Shown here: one piece after another, positions 1-6,443 of the stretch | Numbering within the stretch: the first letter of the stretch is position 1 | Layout of the letters: every line of letters begins with the position of its first letter | Assembly (NCBI GenBank): GCA_024275415.1 | Contig: JAJRZD010000116.1 | Span: forward strand, 1 to 6,662 | DNA: 6,662 nt | DNA from: an archaeon | Lineage (GTDB): Archaea > Asgardarchaeota > Thorarchaeia > Thorarchaeales > Thorarchaeaceae | Direction: 5' to 3' | Made by a program: the position numbers and the translations under genes | The notes under the pieces: model-generated | Seen by the model: only the letters and a program-made list of their open reading frames with translations | What the model was told of the DNA's origin: nothing | Database searches by the model: none

Positions 1-49
1 CTGGTGACCAAGGTTGTACAACTAAAAATGAACGGTAAGGCACATTCCT

Positions 50-951
50 ATCCTCAATACGATAGACAACCTCGACCAGCAGAACCCGAACTCGTCGACA
101 CCACCCCCAACGCAGGATTCGCCGGATGGGGGAGAGCCAGAACCCGTGGTGCATGATGGAACTGGCACTGGCTCAATAAGAGAATCGCAATCTCAATCTG
201 CAGATGTTGCTCTTGCTCAGACTACTCGGCAGCTGACCGTTTACTTTTGGACAGGTTGGTGGCCCCTTTTGCACACTGTAATATATGAAGCACTTGGTCA
301 AGTAAGTTCGATAAACGAAATAATATCTACTTCAACAGTTATACTCCATACAACAATAGATTTACTGGGTGAGATAATCTGGTTGATTGATGATTTCATC
401 CAATGGGCTATGAATACTTTTGGTTGGGGGGCAGAATTCGTGGAATACCTTATCGCAATCATCAATGAGATTGCTGATGAAGCCATGGAAGCTGGAGTTC
501 TAATACTTATGGAGATGGCTGCTGCAGATGGATGGTCTATGATACGGTCATCTTGATTCCTCCAAATCCAGCTAATGCAGGACTTGTTCCAATGGCACTA
601 ACAACAGCTGCATTCCTCACGTGCCTTTTTATTGCAGTTGCCTTTACATTGACTGCCACACTCATCGAGCTATTTGGTTACTCGGCAGCTGGCGCATTGT
701 GGGTTTTCATTGGCATTGTAGCAGTGTTATCATATTTTGGCTTGGGATACATTAACTTGGTGTCTTCATCAATGAGGTCAATTGCAAGAGGGGTGTTCAA
801 TGCTGCAGCGAAATTCTTTGGATTTGGTGTCTATTACTTGGACAAGTCCAAGATCATATATGCACACGGAACACGGAATTTCTTTTATCCATTAATTGCC
901 ATTTCCATTGGTGCCATTGCATACTATGGATGGCTAGCGGGTCAAGAATAG
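50..951 (+). pseudogene. Cassette 1: start-less C-terminal module (conserved junction, WxGWWP domain, multi-TM tail), split by a frameshift near 525-545
   Basis: Frame +2 is open from 32 (after TGA 29-31) and reads ILNTIDNLDQQNPNSSTPPPTQDSPDGGEPEPVVHDG into ORF 146..556, with no ATG before the junction. ORF 532..951 (frame +1) supplies the hydrophobic tail. Joined, they give the same domain order as cassettes 2 and 3 (junction, WTGWWP at 248-265, IDLLG with DLLG at 359-370, TM helices). Confidence 0.75.
53..130 (+). repeat. Conserved junction repeat, copy 1 (most diverged)
   Basis: Encodes LNTIDNLDQQNPNSSTPPPTQDSPDG, 14 of 26 aa identical to copy 2 by manual alignment. The 13-mer acctcgaccagca (69-81) is also present in copy 3. 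Confidence 0.8.
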
Positions 952-954
952 GAG
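950..954 (+). promoter_or_regulatory. Putative Shine-Dalgarno site for the 964 gene
   Basis: AGGAG overlaps the cassette 1 stop codon (TAG 949-951) and lies 9 nt upstream of ATG 964. Confidence 0.5.
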
Positions 955-963
955 CGAACTCAA

Positions 964-1410
964 ATGCAATCTGAAAAGTCAATCATAGAGGGACTATGGC
1001 TTGTGGTAGGTGGAGAGGCGATACTATTCGCAATCTTTGGACTGATAATATATATCCTAACAATAAAGACTGACCAAACCCTTCTATCCAAATTATCTAG
1101 GATGAGTAATCCCTCTCAGGAGGCGGAATGTGGACTAATCAGGTTCTACACTAGACATACCCTTGGTTATGATATTCTGTTCTGGTCGCTCATTGTCGCT
1201 TCATTCACATGTGTGCTGTCCTATTTTTATCTCCGTATCGATATAGGAGGCTTTCTGATCACCGTTGTATTTCTGGTGTCATTCCTCTGGCAACTGAAAG
1301 ACGAAAAGCGTACTGCAAAGGGACGTGCTTTCCACTATCAGAGAACAAACGAAACCAATGGCATACTCCTCTTAGAAACTGAGGAGGACTCTGACATGAC
1401 AGGAGCATGA
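964..1410 (+). CDS. Small 3-TM membrane protein, putative cognate partner (immunity-like) of cassette 1
   Basis: Intact 148 aa ORF starting 12 nt after the cassette stop, with an RBS. Three hydrophobic segments, a polar loop after the first and an acidic C-terminal end. The function is inferred from position only. Confidence 0.75.
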   Translation: MQSEKSIIEGLWLVVGGEAILFAIFGLIIYILTIKTDQTLLSKLSRMSNPSQEAECGLIRFYTRHTLGYDILFWSLIVASFTCVLSYFYLRIDIGGFLITVVFLVSFLWQLKDEKRTAKGRAFHYQRTNETNGILLLETEEDSDMTGA

Positions 1411-1512
1411 ATTCTTCTACAAACTAATGTGGGAATATTCCCCTACGTTCTTAGTTTGGACGGTTCTATTGCCATGTACCATCCATAACGCACACTCGAG
1501 CAAGATGATTAA

Positions 1513-2340
1513 CTTCAAAGGACATTATTCACCTATGTCATCAACGTCGTCACTGACCTCAACAAGCACGACCCCAACTCAGCTACTCCGCCACCGACGC
1601 AGGATCCGCCTGCTGGTACTTCTGACACCACAGTACAATATGATGGTACTAACAAAGGTGTACCTGATTGTAGTGGTGGTCGAACATTTACTGCAAGCTA
1701 TGAGCAAATCGCCCAGAATGCCATTACTATAGCATGGGCCGGATGGTGGCCCACTCTGGTCATCACATGCAACTTAGATCTCCATGGACTTGCATTTGCA
1801 ATGGAACTAAGAGTCGACCTCCTTGGCTCACTCACAGTGTCCTCAATCAGTGTAAGCCATTCTGTCTTGAATTCTGCATCGGATGCAGAACTACAGGTAT
1901 CCATAGATACAATAATGGGTCTTAGTCCTGTGAAGTTCTACAGCATAGTAGCAGTCCTATCATTGACTAGCGCACAGTTTTGGGCAACATTTAGTTTGCT
2001 TCCATATGCAAAAGCGTTGTTTATCGCTTCAGTTGTTGCATATACGCTCTCTTCATTGGCGTTGATATACTCGATAGCGCAAGCCTATTTTGATGGTTCA
2101 CTAGGTTACCTTGATGCATTCGTTGGACTATTTTCAATAGTCTGGGGTCTTGTATTCGCAGGGCACACAATCTCGAACCAGAGCATTTTTGGTCGAATCT
2201 TCAGCTGCTTGGAAAAGTACCGAGCTCCACCCACTGATTGGGGTTACCCAGATGTCTTCCTACTTATGTCACGGGTATTGATTTTGCTCTTAGGAGTTGC
2301 AGTTGCTGCAGGTATCTTTTTTAGCGGAATTAGTGGCTAA
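1513..2340 (+). pseudogene. Cassette 2: start-less but otherwise uninterrupted C-terminal module
   Basis: Frame +1 is open from 1513 (after TAA 1510-1512) to 2340 and reads LQRTLFTYVINVVTDLNKHDPNSATPPPTQDPPAGTSDTTVQYDG...IAWAGWWPTL...MELRVDLLG... plus a multi-TM tail. The called ORF 1801..2340 is only its 3' part; there is no ATG before the junction. Confidence 0.8.
1540..1617 (+). repeat. Conserved junction repeat, copy 2
   Basis: Encodes INVVTDLNKHDPNSATPPPTQDPPAG. Bases 1539-1607 match 4707-4773 at 63 of 69 positions (4 substitutions, one 2-nt gap). Confidence 0.92.
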
Positions 2341-2381
2341 ACAAAATGGGCAGTATCAAAAAAAACTGGAAGTGCTGAGAG

Positions 2382-2807
2382 ATGGCGATTGATATTTCGC
2401 TTGTGTTATTCATATTTACACTTTCTAGCATCCCCTTCCTAATCATTGCAATTGCAACCGTACAGACAGTGATCTATAAGAATCGCATACTGAGAGGGGA
2501 TATCTCTCATGCATCCGAACTTCCCTACTTGGTTCGGATGCATGGAATAACGGTGCGGAAACTATCTACTAGTATCTTTACTAATGCTATAGTAGTTTCC
2601 ATCTTCTTTGGATTTCCGATTCTGTCTGTAGGGGTGCTGTGGCCCGAAGAACTGGGTTCTTTTATTGCAGACCTGCAATTTTGGATTATCCTATGGTTTG
2701 TGCTGGCCTTCATAAGAATCATGTTCTATAGTCCTGACTCAACAGGTGGCCTAGGCAATGCATATGAGCTTCTAGATGTGGACGAAAACAGAGAACATGA
2801 TACATAG
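2382..2807 (+). CDS. Small 3-TM membrane protein, putative cognate partner (immunity-like) of cassette 2
   Basis: Intact 141 aa ORF starting 41 nt after the cassette stop. Pattern is TM1, basic loop, TM2, TM3, acidic tail (ELLDVDENREHDT). Confidence 0.75.
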   Translation: MAIDISLVLFIFTLSSIPFLIIAIATVQTVIYKNRILRGDISHASELPYLVRMHGITVRKLSTSIFTNAIVVSIFFGFPILSVGVLWPEELGSFIADLQFWIILWFVLAFIRIMFYSPDSTGGLGNAYELLDVDENREHDT

Positions 2808-2858
2808 TATGTATCATTGAATTGGAAAGGGTCAAGGGTTTGATACTGGATTCAATGG

Positions 2859-3184
2859 ATGGAAAGGATAATCTTTGAACTAATACTTGGGATCATTTCT
2901 GTGGTAACAATGATCGTACTAGGTGCAATCTTGCTTCGCACACCCATCGGCAACAAAAAACAGGAGCGAAAAGAGGATCTAGAATTGTATTGATATGGGT
3001 CTTTGCGATTGCTATTCTGTCTTCTAGTTCTTACATTTTATGGTTAGCTCCCATAGATACAACCCCCATTGTACTAGATATTGTCATGACATTCATGGGG
3101 GCGATAGTATTTCCAAGTATCATGTACCCAACCCAAGGAGAAACGCAGGTACATGATCCAGATTCCACGGAACATCTCGAATGA
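2859..3184 (+). pseudogene. Frameshifted small membrane protein (second, orphan partner-like gene)
   Basis: ATG 2859 (frame +3) reads MERIIFELILGIISVVTMIVLGAILLRTPIGNKK. One extra A in the A6 run at 2955-2960 would join it to frame +2 TGAKRGSRIVLIWVFAIAIL...TEHLE (called ORF 2990..3184), giving an approximately 108 aa 3-TM protein. Confidence 0.6.
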
Positions 3185-3432
3185 TGATGGCTTTCAATTC
3201 ATTCCCTGGGAGAGGCTCGACATATCTCATTAGGGATACGAGTCGCATTGAGGTAATCTACTATGATCCAACACCTAATAGACACCACAATGGTTAGTGT
3301 CAATGCTCGTACAGAAATATGACAATGCTGATGCAATCGGTTCCTGATGTACATGAGTCTGCACTAATCGTTTTTGTGATTTCCGCAGTCCACTGGCTGA
3401 CTGTGCCGTAATGACTATATGCAGACAGACTT

Positions 3433-3777
3433 TCAATCACGCATCTCTTGGAAAAGCCTGATGATTTCGGGTTTGATCTGGGGTATGGCAATCTCTATCG
3501 CATCCCATACGAGCTTGTAATCGATTCCAAAATAGGCATGAATTAGTCTGTCACGCATCCCTGCCATCTCCTTCCATGGTACATTGGGAGCCTTGTCCCT
3601 GACACTATCGGGAACTCTCTTCGCAGCCTCTCCAATGATTTGGAACTTCAATACGACCGCACTGGATGTCTTATCGTCATTGACAAAATCCTGATAGTCA
3701 ATACCTTCCACGAATCGCTCAATCGCCTCAATAGCATCCAGTATATCGCTTAAGAAGAATCGGGTCTCTCGGTTCAT
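3433..3777 (-). CDS. hepT: HEPN-domain (DUF86/HepT-like) RNase toxin
   Basis: 114 aa with a typical DUF86 pattern (LSDILDAIEAIERF...IIGEAAKRV...VPWKEMAGMRDRLIHAYFGID...VWDAI). RDRLIHAY fits the RX4HXY motif. Its start overlaps the upstream MNT stop (ATGA, 3774-3777). Confidence 0.93.
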   Translation of the reverse strand: MNRETRFFLSDILDAIEAIERFVEGIDYQDFVNDDKTSSAVVLKFQIIGEAAKRVPDSVRDKAPNVPWKEMAGMRDRLIHAYFGIDYKLVWDAIEIAIPQIKPEIIRLFQEMRD

Positions 3778-4067
3778 ATTGCCACGACCTCGGCTAATAT
3801 CATATTCCTTAGCTCTGAACGCAGCGTCCTCTCAGAAACAACATCTACTTTCTTGCCCAGCAACTCTTCGAGGAAGAAACCTAGTCCGACCATGTCGAAT
3901 AGAGTGGCACCATCTTTGAATCTGACGAGGATATCGATATCACTTCCTGGCTTTTGGGTACCTCTTGCATATGAACCGAAAATGCCTAGGATTTGGGCCT
4001 TGAACTTGGATGCGACCAGTTCTTTCTTGCCATTAAGGGTCATTTTCAGTTCTTCTAATGCATCCAT
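3774..4067 (-). CDS. mntA: Minimal nucleotidyltransferase (MNT) antitoxin
   Basis: 97 aa with IFGSYARGTQKPGSDIDILV, which fits GSX10DXD, and a C-terminal LEELLGKKVDVV segment typical of MNTs. Translationally coupled to the HEPN gene. Confidence 0.93.
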   Translation of the reverse strand: MDALEELKMTLNGKKELVASKFKAQILGIFGSYARGTQKPGSDIDILVRFKDGATLFDMVGLGFFLEELLGKKVDVVSERTLRSELRNMILAEVVAI

Positions 4068-4076
4068 ACTTTCGTG

Positions 4077-4082
4077 ACCACC
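4077..4082 (-). promoter_or_regulatory. Possible Shine-Dalgarno site for the MNT gene
   Basis: GGTGGT on the minus strand, 9 nt upstream of the ATG at 4067. Confidence 0.35.
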
Positions 4083-4119
4083 AAGATCTATTCATGTATC
4101 AATGTCGTCCAGAACCTAA

Positions 4120-4339
4120 AAAGCATTTGAAAAGCATGAACCAGAGCAACTTTTGGACTACACATTTGGATCCATCCTTGCAACAGCAGCATTATTTGTG
4201 GTCACGGCCATCCTAGCTATATGGCAACCAATAACCACAGTTGACATTTCATCGGATCTAGAATACTGACAGCATCTATAATGTTGGCTTGGCATACACT
4301 GCATTTTTGGGTTCTCTGATACTAATAGGAGAACAATGA
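4120..4339 (+). pseudogene. Possible remnant of another small membrane protein gene
   Basis: Frame +1 (4120-4269) reads KAFEKHEPEQLLDYTFGSILATAALFVVTAILAIWQPITTVDISSDLEY. Frame +2 (4262-4339) reads NTDSIYNVGLAYTAFLGSLILIGEQ. This gives two TM-like stretches in adjacent frames with no start codon. Confidence 0.35.
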
Positions 4340-4475
4340 ACAGCCCGATTGGTAAGACAGATGGAGGTTGGTGAATGCAAACAGGAATAGATCACCTTTC
4401 ACACATCTCATTGTCGAATGAGTTATATTCGGGCTGTCGTATGCTACATCACGAGTAATGTAAAAGGGGGATGAG

Positions 4476-5545
4476 ATGTCGTGTCCTCATGCGGACTTGC
4501 GGATAACCTATACGAAGGACCACTACTACGAGGTATGGTACGCTCGCAGCTCCTGCCCCCGGAAACCCGATCTTTACAAGCATCGACGGGTCAGGGTCGT
4601 CCCAGCCCATCGGTGAGGTAGAGAACGCCTCCCGGGTCATCACGTACGTGGGGGTCCTGGGCTACCGCCTTGACAGCTACACCCTGGTGGACATGCGCCT
4701 CCACGACATCAACGTCGTCACAGACCTCGACCAGCACGACCCCAACTCAGCTACTCCCACCGACGCATGATCCTCCAGCCGGAGAAGAATCATCCTTCAT
4801 CGAGTATGATGGGATCTCCAATGGCAATGATGCTGTGATTGAAGAAACATATGGGACTCATTTTGACCAGATCCAAAATGACGCAGCTGATGCTGTAGTG
4901 ACTTACTGGATCGGTTGGTGGCCTGAACTACATGTTGATGTTACAAAATCATATTCAGCGGATGTCCAGATTACAGTCCGCTCCAAAATAGATATCCTCG
5001 GAAGTTGTACCATTGAGAGCATTGATGTACAATTGGCTGGATTGGAAGACCTTACTGAGGAAGAGGCAGATGTAATGGTTCAAACTCAGCAACAAAATAC
5101 TAACCAGTTTGCCAAAGATATGGTGGCATTTTGGGGGTATGCAGTCATGCTCGCGTTTTTTGTATTGGGAATAACAACAATGCTCCCAACGCCAATTGCT
5201 GATGGCCCACTTGCTTCAATATGTGTCATTGTTGGTTTTACATATTTCTTCTATTGCTGGACACTTGTTTATGCTTTGAGACATTCAGCACTTACACAAG
5301 AACAAATATCTGACACGTTCATAACGCAGAGTCTATCGCTACTCCTTGCCGCATTAACCTTTTTCCTGGGAGCTAGATGGGCTGGAGGTAGCTTCGGAAG
5401 AGTTCTGGGAGAATTCGGGGGTAATTATGGCATCACCAAGAAGGGCTTTGCCATTCGCTCAAACATGGCAGCGTTTATTACATGTCTGCTATGTCTTTTG
5501 ATGACTCTGGGAATATGGCATGGTGTAAACATGGGATGGTGGTAA
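4476..5545 (+). pseudogene. Cassette 3: long GC-rich parent-gene fragment with two frameshifts, fused to an intact variable C-terminal module
   Basis: Frame +3 reads ADLRITYTKDHYYEVWYARSSCP with GC-rich third positions, then shifts at the C5 run (4556-4560) to frame +1 GNPIFTSIDGSGSSQPIGEVENASRVITYVGVLGYRLDSYTLVDMRLHDINVVTDLDQHDPNSAT. A 2-nt deletion relative to copy 2 (about 4757) then shifts to frame +2 PPTHDPPAG...YWIGWWPELH...IDILG... and the multi-TM tail ending at 5545. GC is 145/240 (60%) over 4501-4740. Confidence 0.8.
4708..4783 (+). repeat. Conserved junction repeat, copy 3 (carries a 2-nt deletion)
   Basis: About 91% identical to copy 2 over 69 aligned positions. It reads gctactc-ccaccg where copy 2 has gctactccgccaccg. 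Confidence 0.92.
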
Positions 5546-5569
5546 ATATAAGGTTAAAGAAACAAAAGG

Positions 5570-5935
5570 ATGGAGTGGATAGAGATGTTTAGGGTTGAGT
5601 ATTTAGTGCCAGGGTTGATGGTGACCATTGCAAGTTTCATCTACGTCTATTCTGCCATGAGGGCAAGATCCAAGATGCAGAGTGTAGATGATTATTTGAC
5701 AGTTTGGGGTAGAAGGTTCGTTCAGAATACAGACAACATGATTGCCATGGGGACGTTCTGGATCCTCACGTTGACAGCGCCATTCCTTTCTGCATACTTG
5801 CTGACGTTTATCTTCATGCCCCTCGATCTAAATGATGTATTCTCAACCACCTATGTCGGATTTGGCTTATCATTGATAATAGGCATTCTGGCACCATTCC
5901 GTTTCAAAGAAATAGAAGACACGGTCATTTCCTGA
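5570..5935 (+). CDS. Small 3-TM membrane protein, putative cognate partner (immunity-like) of cassette 3
   Basis: Intact 121 aa ORF starting 24 nt after the cassette stop (ATG 5585 is an alternative start). Pattern is TM1, basic loop, TM2, TM3, acidic tail. Confidence 0.75.
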   Translation: MEWIEMFRVEYLVPGLMVTIASFIYVYSAMRARSKMQSVDDYLTVWGRRFVQNTDNMIAMGTFWILTLTAPFLSAYLLTFIFMPLDLNDVFSTTYVGFGLSLIIGILAPFRFKEIEDTVIS

Positions 5936-5954
5936 ACTACAAGGGGAGAACAGG

Positions 5955-6343
5955 GTGCAGAATTTACTCGATACGGCACTGTTCTTCAATTTCGTACTAG
6001 CGGGTATTCTTGATTCATCGGGGGAGAAATAATCGATGGAACAATTGAATCGCTGGAGGACAAGGACGTCGGTGAGTTCGGCCTGAGGATGGGACTACTT
6101 TATCGTGAGAAACGACGCACATGGCATGCTCTTGCGGGTGGATCTGTAGTTATGGCATGGATCTTGCTTGCGACTGGTGGATATATATCCAGCCTGCAAT
6201 TGCTATGGGACTATCCGGGCCTTGTCATTGAAAGCGTGGCCATTGTAATCGTTGCATTCACCTTGCTTCCCATTTTTCTCTGGCATCGATTAAGGTACAT
6301 GTCCAAGTTCTCCACGCAGACACACGTAAGGGAAAACATCTGA
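5955..6343 (+). pseudogene. Frameshifted small membrane protein (second, orphan partner-like gene)
   Basis: GTG 5955 follows GGGGAG (5943-5948) and reads MQNLLDTALFFNFVLAGIL in frame +3. A shift near 6012 to frame +2 gives FIGGEIIDGTIESLEDKDVGEFGLR, which runs into ORF 6089..6343. The joined product is an approximately 129 aa 3-TM protein. Confidence 0.6.
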
Positions 6344-6443
6344 CCATGATGGTTCTATTGACGACTAGGAATTCATGAGCAAACTCAGATGTTGGTATCG
6401 GGATTGACAACCACATGAAGGTGCCCCATTTGACTTGTTCTCT

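Noticed and set aside
1-156. Frame +1 open from the window start (LVTKVVQLKMNGKAHSYPQYDRQPRPAEPELV...)
   Set aside because: Most of it overlaps the junction repeat, whose conserved reading frame is +2. It could be the tail of an upstream gene but there is no support within the window.
298-486. Minus-strand 62 aa ORF
   Set aside because: Antisense shadow of cassette 1 with no recognisable features.
1588-1617. Junction PPPTQDPPAG resembles the Rhs PxxxxDPxG cleavage motif
   Set aside because: Spacing differs (DPxxG), copy 1 has DSPDG, and no YD or RHS core sequence is visible upstream, so I do not call it Rhs.
1427-1732. 101 aa plus-strand ORF with a Ser/Thr-rich stretch (STSSLTSTSTTPTQLL)
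   Set aside because: It is the off-frame reading of junction copy 2. The frame conserved across all three copies and continuous with the CT is +1.
1698-1925. ORFs 1698..1904 (-) and 1734..1925 (+)
   Set aside because: Both overlap the cassette 2 frame that carries the conserved WAGWWP and DLLG motifs.
2346-2378. Short ORF and A8 run (2358-2365) upstream of the cassette 2 partner gene
   Set aside because: Ten codons only, and there is no evidence of a phase-variable or regulatory role.
2525-2722. Minus-strand 65 aa ORF
   Set aside because: Antisense shadow of the 2382..2807 gene.
3181-3491. Short frame +1 peptides at 3181-3411 and minus-strand ORF 3300..3491
   Set aside because: The plus-strand peptides are interrupted by a stop and are only weakly hydrophobic. 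The minus ORF overlaps the HEPN 3' end out of frame. Neither is convincing.
3853-4077. Plus-strand 74 aa ORF
   Set aside because: Antisense shadow of the MNT gene.
3420-4140. TA module as a defined mobile element
   Set aside because: I found no terminal inverted repeats, target-site duplication, transposase or integrase by eye.
4449-4643. Minus-strand 64 aa ORF
   Set aside because: Open antisense frames are common opposite coding sequence with G/C-rich third positions; it lies over the cassette 3 arm.
4670-4757. Ser/Thr-rich N-terminus of called ORF 4670..5545 as a genuine linker
   Set aside because: It arises from the 2-nt deletion; comparison with copy 2 shows the ancestral frame is INVVTDLDQHDPNSAT.
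1462-6360. 10-mer GGTTCTATTG at 1462-1471 and 6351-6360, both ahead of a cassette arm
   Set aside because: Many 10-bp matches are expected by chance in 6.7 kb, the flanks do not extend, and it is absent before cassette 3.
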